From an uncultured Opitutales bacterium (GTDB lineage: Bacteria; Verrucomicrobiota; Verrucomicrobiia; Opitutales; UBA9783), in the NCBI GenBank assembly GCA_934691225.1, contig CAKUSQ010000001.1, positions 600,001-632,000 on the forward strand: a DNA stretch of 32,000 nt, written 5' to 3'. Shown piece after piece: positions 9,340 to 17,793 of this stretch. Made by a program: the position numbers and the translations under genes. Within the stretch, counting starts at the first letter, position 1; the number at the start of each line of letters is the position of its first letter. The notes beneath the pieces were generated by a model that ran no database searches, had not been told where the DNA came from, and worked only from the letters and a program-made list of their open reading frames with translations.

Positions 9340-10458
9340 ATGCAAGTTCCTTTGTTTGATATCACTGCGGTTAATGTAGATTTGTATGATAAGTTTGAAG
9401 CCGTTTTTCATGATTTTATTCGTTCAGGAAATTTTATTTTAGGTGATGCAGTTGAGCAATTCGAGGGAAGTTTTGCAAAAATAGTAGGAAGTAATTACGC
9501 GTTAGGCGTATCTTCCGGTACAGATGCTTTATTAGTAGCGCTTGCTGCTTTAGGGATAGAAAAAGGTGATGAAGTTTTATGTCCTTCGTTCACTTTTTTT
9601 GCGACAGCCAGTTCAGTAGCCCGTTTGGGAGGAATTCCTGTGTGGGTAGATGTTAAAATGTCAGATTTTAATATTGATTTAGAAGATGCTCAGCGAAAAA
9701 TCTCCGATAAAACAAAAGCAATTATACCTGTGCATCTTTTTGGTCAGAGTTGTGATGCAGCTGCTGTTATAGATTTTGCTAACCAGCATCATTTATTTAT
9801 TGTAGAAGATGTAGCTCAGGCACAAGGTGCTATGTCAGGAGAAAAAAAGGCTGGAAGTTGGGGACATGTAGGCTGCTTTAGTTTTTTCCCAACCAAGAAT
9901 TTAGGCGGTTTTGGTGATGGAGGAATGGTAACGTTAAACGATAGTGAATTGTTTGAAAAGGCACGTTGTTTGCGTGTTCATGGTTCTCCAAAACGATATG
10001 AACATACTTATTTAGGTGGAAATTTTCGTTTAGATGCACTGCAGGCTTGTTTGCTGAATTTGAAGTTGCCGTATGTTGAGGACGCTATTCGTATAAGGAG
10101 GTTAAATGCACATATGTATCTTACAATGTTAAAAGATTTAGATGGAATTATTTTACCTTGTGAGATGCCTGGAAGAAAACATACTTGGAATCAATTTACA
10201 ATACGCGTTGTAGGTGGGCGTCGTGATGCATTGAAATCATTTTTAAGTGAGCAAGGCATTGGTTGTGCGGTTTATTACCCAAAAACATTGGATCTTCAGC
10301 CGTGTCTTAAATCGATGGCTACCGATAAAGGTTTGCCCACTGTTTGTGCACATGCGTTAGCGAAAAAAGTGTTGAGTTTACCTATTTTCCCTGGCTTGAA
10401 GCCGGATCAAATTGAGTATGTTTGTGAAAATATCCGTAGATTTTTTAAGAAGGATTAA
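9340..10458 (+). CDS. DegT/DnrJ/EryC1/StrS family PLP-dependent sugar aminotransferase
   Basis: GVSSGTDAL, IIPVHLFGQ, and FSFFPTKNLGGFGDGGMV (contains the PLP lysine context), followed by LRVHG..YEH...GGNFRLD..QA. These are typical of the family. Confidence 0.85.
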   Translation: MQVPLFDITAVNVDLYDKFEAVFHDFIRSGNFILGDAVEQFEGSFAKIVGSNYALGVSSGTDALLVALAALGIEKGDEVLCPSFTFFATASSVARLGGIPVWVDVKMSDFNIDLEDAQRKISDKTKAIIPVHLFGQSCDAAAVIDFANQHHLFIVEDVAQAQGAMSGEKKAGSWGHVGCFSFFPTKNLGGFGDGGMVTLNDSELFEKARCLRVHGSPKRYEHTYLGGNFRLDALQACLLNLKLPYVEDAIRIRRLNAHMYLTMLKDLDGIILPCEMPGRKHTWNQFTIRVVGGRRDALKSFLSEQGIGCAVYYPKTLDLQPCLKSMATDKGLPTVCAHALAKKVLSLPIFPGLKPDQIEYVCENIRRFFKKD

Positions 10459-11026
10459 AGACGAATAAGTTAACAAGAGGTGCGTTAATTTTTCGAGTCG
10501 ATTTTATCGAATAAAGCGGTTTCCATAAAAATGTTTGTGGCCAGGATAATTGTGCAGGGTATTCAATAACCAACTGTGTTTGGGGAAATAAAGGGTTGAT
10601 TTTATCAAAAAAGTCAAAAATATTTTGAGAATATTCTTCCCAAAAACGATAAGGTGGATCAAAAAAAATGTAATCAGGTGCTTCAAGTTGAAACATGGGT
10701 AGGGAAAAAACATCAAGATTAAAAATTTGAACCGATAGTTGAAAATTTAATTGTGCGCTTTTGCAAACTTTTTCGCTATTTTTTCTTAAACAACGAATAA
10801 CTTGCGGATCTTTTTCGAAAAATAAGCATTTTTTTGCGCCGCGGCTTAAAGCTTCAAGTCCATAAGCACCTGTGCCCGCAAAACAATCCCAAACAATTGT
10901 ATGGTTGATATGCGATGAAATCTGGTTGAAAATGCGTTCTCGCGAAAAATCTGTCGCTGGACGCACTTCTCCTTTTTGAGGTACATCCAGCAAAATCCCG
11001 CGCGCTGTTCCTCCTGAAATTCTCAT
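10445..11026 (-). CDS. rsmD: 16S rRNA (guanine966-N2)-methyltransferase RsmD
   Basis: MRISGGTARG..L, RPTTD-like RPATDFSRERIFN, SAM-binding DCFAGTGAYGLEALSRGA, and catalytic FFDPPY. The ATG at 11026 shares 1 nt with the gltX stop (TAATG). The 3' end overlaps the convergent DegT gene by 14 nt. Confidence 0.8.
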   Translation of the reverse strand: MRISGGTARGILLDVPQKGEVRPATDFSRERIFNQISSHINHTIVWDCFAGTGAYGLEALSRGAKKCLFFEKDPQVIRCLRKNSEKVCKSAQLNFQLSVQIFNLDVFSLPMFQLEAPDYIFFDPPYRFWEEYSQNIFDFFDKINPLFPQTQLVIEYPAQLSWPQTFLWKPLYSIKSTRKINAPLVNLFVFNPS

Positions 11027-12342
11027 TAAGATAGAACGGAAGTTAAGCAATACTGGATACGTTTCAAAACATTTTCTTTGCCTAATACAACCAACATGTG
11101 ATACAAACTAGGTCCTACACTGCATCCAGAAACCGCAAAACGTAATGTGTGAATGTAAGCACCTGTGGATAAGTTTTTTTCAGTACACAATGTTTTAATG
11201 GCGTTTTCTATCGATTCACAAGTGAAACTTTCAATGTGTTTGAACAGATCTATTATTTCGAACAGTCGCTGTTTAGGGTCATGTTTACTTATTTTTTGCA
11301 ACGTTTTTTCATCAAAATGGTAATGATCTTCGAAAAAATAAGCTATAAAACCGGGTAATTCATCAAATGAACGAAGTTTTTCTTGTACAATATCGAAAAT
11401 AGATCGTAAAAAAGGTTCGTTGGTTAAATAATTTTTGTGATCGGTTTGGATTAAGACTTTGCAACCTTCAGAGAAAAATGTTTCTTTAGATAAGTGTTTT
11501 AAGTGTTCAGCATTAATGTAATTTAGTTTTTTCTCATCAAATCGTGCATGGGTTTTATTGATACCAGGCAAATCAAATGCGGCAATAATTTCTTGAACAG
11601 ACATCAATTCACGATCGTTTTTGGGTGACCAGCCAAGCAAGGATAAATAGTTTATAAGAGCGTCTGGTAAGAAAAACTTGTCGCGATATTCTTCCACAAG
11701 AGAGCCACGATCACGTTTGCTCATTTTACCAGGACCATCTGTTTTTAATATCAGTGGAATATGCGCGAATTTAGGCGCAGGAGCCTCAAATACTTTGTAT
11801 AATTCCATATGTTTGCTGGTATTGGATAGGTGATCTTCACCACGAATGACGTGTGTGATCTTCATATCAATGTCATCAATAACGTTGACAAAATGAAATA
11901 CCGGCGTTCCATTGGAACGATAAATTACAAAATCTTTTTCTTCTAAACGATTTACAGGCCCGTGAATAATGTCATCAATAGTTTGTGTTTCTCCAGAAAC
12001 TTTTAACCAAATAGCACCTTCTTTTTCGTAAACACGGCCTTTATCTTGCAATAATTTTAAATATTTTTTGTAAATGTCATTGCGTTCACTTTGAAAATAG
12101 GGACCGTAGGGACCACCTACTTCAGGGCCTTCATCCCAGTCGAGTCCCATCCAACGTAAATTTGTAAGCAAAGAATTTAAAGATGCTTTAGTATTTCGTT
12201 CGGTATCAGAATCCTCGATACGAAGTACAAAGGTTCCGTTTGTATGTTTAGCATACAACCAATTAAACAAGGCAGTACGAGCACCTCCAATGTGAAAATA
12301 TCCTGTAGGACTTGGCGCAAATCTTACTCTAACGTTTGACAT
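11026..12342 (-). CDS. gltX: Glutamyl-tRNA synthetase
   Basis: VRVRFAPSPTGYFHIGGARTALFNW (HIGH motif) and KMSKR (KMSKS motif). Start moved to ATG 12342 (MSNVRVRF...) because the 21-aa upstream extension is atypical. Confidence 0.9.
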   Translation of the reverse strand: MSNVRVRFAPSPTGYFHIGGARTALFNWLYAKHTNGTFVLRIEDSDTERNTKASLNSLLTNLRWMGLDWDEGPEVGGPYGPYFQSERNDIYKKYLKLLQDKGRVYEKEGAIWLKVSGETQTIDDIIHGPVNRLEEKDFVIYRSNGTPVFHFVNVIDDIDMKITHVIRGEDHLSNTSKHMELYKVFEAPAPKFAHIPLILKTDGPGKMSKRDRGSLVEEYRDKFFLPDALINYLSLLGWSPKNDRELMSVQEIIAAFDLPGINKTHARFDEKKLNYINAEHLKHLSKETFFSEGCKVLIQTDHKNYLTNEPFLRSIFDIVQEKLRSFDELPGFIAYFFEDHYHFDEKTLQKISKHDPKQRLFEIIDLFKHIESFTCESIENAIKTLCTEKNLSTGAYIHTLRFAVSGCSVGPSLYHMLVVLGKENVLKRIQYCLTSVLS

Positions 12343-12461
12343 AATATTATAATTGTAGACAGTATTATTAAGAAATGTCCAGAATGTAATGTTGGACTTA
12401 TCCATAAACCGCCAAAACCTGCTAAAACAATTTTAACAAATTAGGCGGTTAAAGCGTTTAT

Positions 12462-13961
12462 TTAACAAAGTTTTTGCTCAAAAAAACGAATAAGTTCATC
12501 TTCCGATAGTCGTGTTTGTTGCGTAGTGTCGCGATCTCTTAGTGTATAAGTATGATTGTCTAGCGAGTCGAAATCTACTGTGATGCACCATGGGGTTCCA
12601 ACTTCATCCATACGGCGATAACGACGTCCAATGGCTCCCGTTTCATCGTAAATAGTGTACCAACGTTTCTGTAAACGTTTAAATAATGCGCGTGCTTTTT
12701 CTACGATTTCCGGTTTGTTTTTCACCAAAGGAAATACAGCTATTTTGATAGGTGCTATATGTGGTTTGAAATGAAGCACAACGCGTTTTTCCCCATTAAT
12801 TTCATCTTCATCATAAGCTGATACTAATATCGCTAATAAGGTTCGATCAACACCTACGGAAGGTTCAATAACATAGGGTAAATACTTTGTTTTTTTATCT
12901 TCATCGAAATATTCGAGTGATTTTCCACTAAATTTTTGGTGTTGCGTCAAATCAAAATTTCCACGCACGGCAATACCTTCGAGTTCTTGAACACCAAATG
13001 GGTATTTAAACATAATGTCGGTACAAGCTTTTGCATAATGTGCTAAATCTTCTTTAGCGTGAACATCAAAACTTAACCAATCTTTTTTGATTCCGATGGA
13101 ACAGTGCCAATCAAAACGTTCCCTTATCCATTTTTGGTGCAATTCGTGCCAAAGATTTTCATCCGCAGGAATAAAATACTCCATTTCCATTTGCTCGAAT
13201 TCACGTGAACGAAAGATAAAGTTTCGAGGTGTAATTTCATTTCGAAAAGCTTTACCTATTTGTGCAATTCCAAAAGGAACTTTTACGCGGGTTGAATCGA
13301 TAACATTTTTAAAATGGATAAAGATACCTTGAGCTGTTTCAGGACGCAAGTAAGCGATGCTGGATTCAGAAGCGACAGCACCTACTTGGGTTTGAAACAT
13401 TAAATTGAAATCGCGAGGTGGCGTCAAATCTCCAGGTTTGTCAGTGGCTGGTGAAGGAATGTAGGCGTATTCTTCAGGTTTAGCTTCGGTTAAAGGTTTT
13501 AGGTGAATTTCTTCAACATTACCTTGTGGCATTTGACAAGATTTGAGCAATTGTTTTACTTTTTTAGCAACTTCAGCATCGCGATCTTCACCATCAAGTA
13601 CGCAGATGTAACCTATAATTGTGCCATCGACGGATACGGGGCTATAAAACACTTGATCAGCTCGATAGCGCATTTTTGTAACCTTGCAATCAACCATGGG
13701 GTCAGAAAATCCATCTACGTGTCCGGAAGCTTTCCAAACATTTGGGTGTAAAATGATGGAACTATCAATACCGACGGCATCTTCACGATCATGTACCATA
13801 TTTTTCCACCAAGCAGCTTTGATATTGCGTTTTAATTCAACACCCAATGGCCCATAATCAAAAAAACCGTTAAGTCCGCCGTAAATATCGGAGGATAAAA
13901 ATATAAAACCTTTACGTTTGCAAAACGCAACTAAATCTTTCATGCACAATTGCGATTCCAT
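12462..13961 (-). CDS. glyQS: Glycyl-tRNA synthetase, single-chain alpha2-dimer type (GlyQS)
   Basis: KRKGFIFLSSDIYGGLNGFFDYGPLG, class II motifs (FRNEITPRNFIFRSREFEQMEMEYF; GVDRTLLA), and an anticodon-binding C-terminus. Size is about 495 aa. ATG 13943 is an alternative start. Confidence 0.9.
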   Translation of the reverse strand: MESQLCMKDLVAFCKRKGFIFLSSDIYGGLNGFFDYGPLGVELKRNIKAAWWKNMVHDREDAVGIDSSIILHPNVWKASGHVDGFSDPMVDCKVTKMRYRADQVFYSPVSVDGTIIGYICVLDGEDRDAEVAKKVKQLLKSCQMPQGNVEEIHLKPLTEAKPEEYAYIPSPATDKPGDLTPPRDFNLMFQTQVGAVASESSIAYLRPETAQGIFIHFKNVIDSTRVKVPFGIAQIGKAFRNEITPRNFIFRSREFEQMEMEYFIPADENLWHELHQKWIRERFDWHCSIGIKKDWLSFDVHAKEDLAHYAKACTDIMFKYPFGVQELEGIAVRGNFDLTQHQKFSGKSLEYFDEDKKTKYLPYVIEPSVGVDRTLLAILVSAYDEDEINGEKRVVLHFKPHIAPIKIAVFPLVKNKPEIVEKARALFKRLQKRWYTIYDETGAIGRRYRRMDEVGTPWCITVDFDSLDNHTYTLRDRDTTQQTRLSEDELIRFFEQKLC

Positions 13962-14099
13962 AAATAAAAAATGCTAAATGATTATTATCCATGGAGGCAA
14001 TGTTTTTTAGAAAAAAAGCGTTAGCGTTGTTTTTTTACGATTTAGCGCGATTTTTTAGTGAAATGCATGGTGCTTTGTTTTATGGTTTAGCACGTTTTA

Positions 14100-14879
14100 T
14101 TAGAAAAGTTTTGAATCTAAAAACAAGGATATAGGAGCATGGTCAGAACCCATCACTGAGGATAAAATATCGCATGATGATATGTGTGGAAGCAATTGAG
14201 GTGAGCTTACAAAATAATCTATACGCCAACCGACATTACGTTCACGAGCATGCATGCGATAAGACCACCAAGAATATTTTTTGGGGACATTGGGATGCAA
14301 CGTCCTGAAAACATCGATAAATCCTGCTTTTAAGTGTTCTGAAAATGATTTACGTTCTTCATCGGTAAATCCTGGGTTGAAATGATTACTATCAGGATTT
14401 TCTAAATCAATGGGGTAATGTGCAACATTTAAATCACCACACCACAGAATATGTTTTATTTTTTCAAGTTTTACAAGGATAGAACGAAGTGCCTTATCCC
14501 AAACTTGTATTCGATAGGGTAAACGTTGCAGCTCTGCTTTCGAATTAGGGACATAAGTGTTTATAAGAAAAAACGACTTAAATTCTGCAATAATAATTCG
14601 TCCCTCAGGGTGTTCTTTGTCAACATCTAAAATGCGTATAGATAACGGTTCTATTTGCGAAAGAATAGCTGTGCCAGAATATCCTTTTTTAACCTCACAA
14701 TGATTAAAATAAACATACTTAAATGCATCTATTTTAGGACAAACCGATTCATATATTTTTGTTTCTTGTAAACACAATATGTCAGGCTTGTAATTTTGAA
14801 GGAAGTCGTAAAAATTCTTTTCAAGAATTGAGCGAAGCCCATTCACATTCCATGAAACAATGTGCTTAAAATTTTTCAT
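14100..14879 (-). CDS. xthA: Exodeoxyribonuclease III (AP endonuclease, Xth family)
   Basis: SWNVNGLR, LCLQETK, GDLNVAH, WSYR..ARERNVGWRIDY, GSDHAP. Start set at ATG 14879 (MKNFKHIVSWNVNG). Confidence 0.85.
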   Translation of the reverse strand: MKNFKHIVSWNVNGLRSILEKNFYDFLQNYKPDILCLQETKIYESVCPKIDAFKYVYFNHCEVKKGYSGTAILSQIEPLSIRILDVDKEHPEGRIIIAEFKSFFLINTYVPNSKAELQRLPYRIQVWDKALRSILVKLEKIKHILWCGDLNVAHYPIDLENPDSNHFNPGFTDEERKSFSEHLKAGFIDVFRTLHPNVPKKYSWWSYRMHARERNVGWRIDYFVSSPQLLPHISSCDILSSVMGSDHAPISLFLDSKLF

Positions 14880-15037
14880 CAGTAGGTAAACCCAGGAGAA
14901 ATAGGCATGGACTTTTCCCAATCAGCTGGACGTCCCCAGGGCAAATCTGATTGATCCAAAGCAGTAGTTTCAACCGTTTGCGAACATCCTGAAAGTAAAC
15001 ATAAAATGCCTATAAAAGTTATGTGTATTAATCGCAT
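14879..15037 (-). CDS. Small predicted lipoprotein (52 aa), absent from the ORF track
   Basis: My own reverse-complement translation gives MRLIHITFIGILCLLSGCSQTVETTALDQSDLPWGRPADWEKSMPISPGFTY*. It has a basic n-region, a hydrophobic core and a canonical lipobox L-S-G-C. GAGGA lies about 7 nt upstream of the ATG. It overlaps the pgi stop by 10 nt, and its TGA shares 1 nt with the xthA ATG. Confidence 0.5.
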   Translation of the reverse strand: MRLIHITFIGILCLLSGCSQTVETTALDQSDLPWGRPADWEKSMPISPGFTY

Positions 15038-16611
15038 TGCTTTTTCCTCAAGCTATAAGTGCTCTGTGTTAAAGGCAACAATTTATTTCTAAAGATACGT
15101 TTGTTAGCGGCTAAGTATTCTAGAATTTTAAAGACATCCTCTTTACGATCTTCCATGCCTAAAGCTTGAGCAATTGCTTCTGTGTTAAAATTATGGCCTT
15201 TGTTTTCCTTTAAAAATGCTAAAATGCGCAGCTGAATTTCTAGGAACTGACTTGCTGCTTTTTTACCGGCTTCTACACCTGGTTGATGGTAAGCGTTAAT
15301 GCGAATGAAGCTTGCATAAAACCCTACTGCACGTTCAAATAAAGCAACCAATGCACCTAGGCTTTGGGCATTTAAATGTTTTAAGGTTAATGTAATCGAA
15401 GGGCGTTCAACTTCAGCGAGTGCAGCACGTGTACCTAATAAAAAGCCCTCTAAAAAATCTCCACTGGTTAATCCAGGTTCAACGTGAACATTGGAATTGT
15501 TTTTAGCTACTTGAACTTCGATAAAAGTTACAAAACTATCATCAAGGCCATCGCGCAATTGTTGGACGTAAGCGTGTTGATCGGTAGATCCTTTATTCCC
15601 ATAAACAGAAATTCCTTGGTAAACTGTACGATTATCTAAAGTCGATTTTTTCCCCAAGGATTCCATAATTAACTGTTGCAAATATTTAGGGAATAAAACC
15701 AATGCGTCTTTGTAGGGAAGGACAACCATATTACGTTTTCCACAACCTTCCGTACAAGCGTACCAAGCGAGCGCTAACATCATGGCAGGATTGGTAAATA
15801 CTTCCGTATTTCGAGTCAAAATATCCATTTCGGTAGCTCCCTGTACCATAGCACTTATGTCGATATTTTGTAAAGCAGCCGGGAGCAATCCGACATTGCT
15901 GAATAAACTGGTGCGTCCACCTACCCAATCCCACATAGGGAAACGTGCTAACCATTCTTCTTTTTTAGCCAATTCATCCAATTGGCTACCTTCGCAAGTA
16001 ATAGCTATTGCATGCTTATTAAAAGGGATACCTTGTTTCTCAAAAGCGGCTCGTACTTCCATTAAACCATTGCGTGGTTCAGGGGTACCTCCTGATTTAG
16101 AAGTGGTTAAGACGAGCGTTTGTCCCAAATGTTTATTGATCTTTTTTAGAACACGAGCAATTCCATCGGGATCGGTATTATCTATAAAAATAGCGTGTAA
16201 TCCTTTAGGTTTTCTATCTAAAGCATCCGATAATAGTTGTGGCCCTAACGCAGATCCTCCAATACCAATGCATAATAAAGTTTTAAAAGGACCGGTTTGC
16301 CCTTGAATCTCTTGGTTAATGATTTTATCCGCAAAAGCGTGGATTTTCAACCAATTATCATGTAACAATATATTTAAGGTCTGTTTGGGAGCTAATTGGA
16401 AGTTTCTTAACCAATAATGCCCGACCATCCTTTTTTCATCTGGATTTGCCAAACTCCCAGATTCTAACGCATCCATTTCATTAAAGGCGCGAACAATCTT
16501 AGATTGCATTGTTTGGAAAAAATGATCTTTGAACATCACTTTGCTTGTATCCAGAGATATTTTCAATTGATGAAGGTAAATAAAGTATCGTTTAAATGCA
16601 TCCCAACTCAT
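15028..16611 (-). CDS. pgi: Glucose-6-phosphate isomerase
   Basis: GIGGSALGP, SKSGGTPEP, DWVGGRTSLFSNVGLLPAAL, and a C-terminal PGI signature region (VYGNKGSTDQHAYVQQL). 527 aa. Confidence 0.9.
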   Translation of the reverse strand: MSWDAFKRYFIYLHQLKISLDTSKVMFKDHFFQTMQSKIVRAFNEMDALESGSLANPDEKRMVGHYWLRNFQLAPKQTLNILLHDNWLKIHAFADKIINQEIQGQTGPFKTLLCIGIGGSALGPQLLSDALDRKPKGLHAIFIDNTDPDGIARVLKKINKHLGQTLVLTTSKSGGTPEPRNGLMEVRAAFEKQGIPFNKHAIAITCEGSQLDELAKKEEWLARFPMWDWVGGRTSLFSNVGLLPAALQNIDISAMVQGATEMDILTRNTEVFTNPAMMLALAWYACTEGCGKRNMVVLPYKDALVLFPKYLQQLIMESLGKKSTLDNRTVYQGISVYGNKGSTDQHAYVQQLRDGLDDSFVTFIEVQVAKNNSNVHVEPGLTSGDFLEGFLLGTRAALAEVERPSITLTLKHLNAQSLGALVALFERAVGFYASFIRINAYHQPGVEAGKKAASQFLEIQLRILAFLKENKGHNFNTEAIAQALGMEDRKEDVFKILEYLAANKRIFRNKLLPLTQSTYSLRKKQCD

Positions 16612-16627
16612 AACGTCTAATTTAAAA

Positions 16628-16657
16628 AGTATAAAACAAATTTTTATTATTTGGCAA
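16628..16657 (-). promoter_or_regulatory. Candidate sigma70-type promoter for pgi (TTGCCA-18 nt-TATACT)
   Basis: The minus strand reads TTGCCA aataataaaaatttgttt TATACT, and the -10 ends 16 nt upstream of the pgi ATG. In an AT-rich genome such matches can arise by chance. Confidence 0.3.
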
Positions 16658-16800
16658 TATAAGAAATAGAGAAATTTTATGAGAACAATAATCGTTCAAA
16701 AGTTGAGTAATGGCAAATGTTTTTGTCGGTTTTATTGCAATGATTATAGTGAGTGAAGGTTTTTTATTTGCAATTCAATGATTGGTTTTATAAAATAAAA

Positions 16801-17793
16801 ATGATGAAAGTTAAATTTTGGGGCACAAGAGGATCATTACCTTCTACATTTACATCAACTCATTTGCAAAAATTTTTGAAACGAGGCATTGCTTATGCAT
16901 TGGATGCAGATACGGGCATAAAACCTGGACAATCTTTGGACGATTATGTGGTTAACATGCCTGTGCAACTAACGCATACGTGTGGAGTCAATACGTCTTG
17001 TCTTACCATTGATAGTGGAGTAGATAACGAGTACATTATTTGTGATGCCGGTACAGGGTTAAGAGATTTTGGAATGTTTTGCACCAAAACAGGTTGTTTA
17101 AGTAAACCTGCTACTTATCATTTGTTTTTGACGCATTTACATTGGGATCACATACAAGGTTTTCCATTTTTTGTTCCAGCCTACGTTCCCGGAAATAAAA
17201 TTATCATACATGGATATCATCATAATATTGAAGAGTATTTTACATTTCAAATGAATCCTCCGTGTTTCCCAGTGCCATTGAAGGCTTTAGAAAGCCAGAT
17301 TATTTTTGATATTAAACTTCCGTGGGAATGTTTTGATGTTTGTGGATTCAAAATTAAAGCCATTCAGCAGAATCATCCAGGGATTTCGTTTGGGTATCGA
17401 TTTGAAAAAGAAAATAAAGTAATTGTATACTCAACCGATTGTGAACATACTGAAAATGCTCATGCGGATGGTTATCCATTTTTAGATTTTTTCAAAGATG
17501 CGGATGTATTGATTTTTGATGCCATGTATTCATTAGCGATTGCAAGTATTATGAAAGCTAATTGGGGACATTCTAATAATTTCATGGGAGTCAAATTAGC
17601 TGCTAAGGCTCATGTTAAGCATTTACTTTTATTTCATCATGAACCGACCAGCGATGATGAAGTTTTAAATCAGTTTTTGGCAAGTACTATTACATATGCA
17701 GATTTTTTTCATAGAGAAAGCAAACCTAAAACAAAGGTACGATATCCGTTGAAAATTTCTTTAGCGTGCGATGGACAAGAGATTGATGTATGA
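16801..17793 (+). CDS. MBL-fold metallo-hydrolase (COG1235/PhnP-like)
   Basis: The N-terminus MMKVKFWGTRGSLPS is typical of this subfamily. Metal motif LTHLHWDHIQGFPFF (HxHxDH), with later His/Asp ligand contexts (QQNHPG, DCEH, GHSN, LFHHEP). Start moved from the GTG at 16753 to ATG 16801. Confidence 0.75.
   Translation: MMKVKFWGTRGSLPSTFTSTHLQKFLKRGIAYALDADTGIKPGQSLDDYVVNMPVQLTHTCGVNTSCLTIDSGVDNEYIICDAGTGLRDFGMFCTKTGCLSKPATYHLFLTHLHWDHIQGFPFFVPAYVPGNKIIIHGYHHNIEEYFTFQMNPPCFPVPLKALESQIIFDIKLPWECFDVCGFKIKAIQQNHPGISFGYRFEKENKVIVYSTDCEHTENAHADGYPFLDFFKDADVLIFDAMYSLAIASIMKANWGHSNNFMGVKLAAKAHVKHLLLFHHEPTSDDEVLNQFLASTITYADFFHRESKPKTKVRYPLKISLACDGQEIDV

Noticed and set aside
12346-12351. TATAAT on the minus strand just upstream of the gltX start
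   Set aside because: It ends only 3 nt before the ATG, so any transcript would start inside the coding region. No -35 partner was identified, and it is likely a chance hexamer in AT-rich DNA.
12407-12450. 7-bp inverted repeat AACCGCC...GGCGGTT downstream of glyQS as a possible terminator
   Set aside because: The loop would be 30 nt and no U-run follows on the transcribed strand. It is not a credible intrinsic terminator.
13985-13993. TTATCCATG, 7 of 9 match to a DnaA box
   Set aside because: It is a single imperfect copy with no cluster of boxes, no AT-rich unwinding element pattern, and no dnaA or dnaN nearby.
14086-14095. TTAGCAC half-site resembling the CIRCE/HrcA operator
   Set aside because: No inverted GAGTGCTAA partner lies at the 9-nt spacing, and the downstream gene (glyQS) is not a heat-shock gene.
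15782-16306. 174-aa plus-strand ORF inside pgi. Similar antisense or shadow ORFs occur at 15731-15955, 20566-21015, 7190-7527, 24589-24873, 25339-25662, 26400-26705 and 13087-13751.
   Set aside because: Each is fully embedded in, and antisense or out of frame to, a strongly supported conserved gene. The translations are low-complexity with no recognisable motifs. These are typical shadow ORFs.
16652-16726. TGGCA-containing strings (16652-16657, 16711-16716) as possible sigma54 -24 elements
   Set aside because: Neither has the required GC (TTGC) element 10 nt downstream of the GG, so they do not fit the GG-N10-GC rule.
16679-16756. 25-codon Cys-rich ORF (MRTIIVQKLSNGKCFCRFYCNDYSE) in the pgi/MBL intergenic region
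   Set aside because: It has no convincing ribosome-binding site and is very short. ORFs of this size are expected by chance, and I cannot assess conservation.
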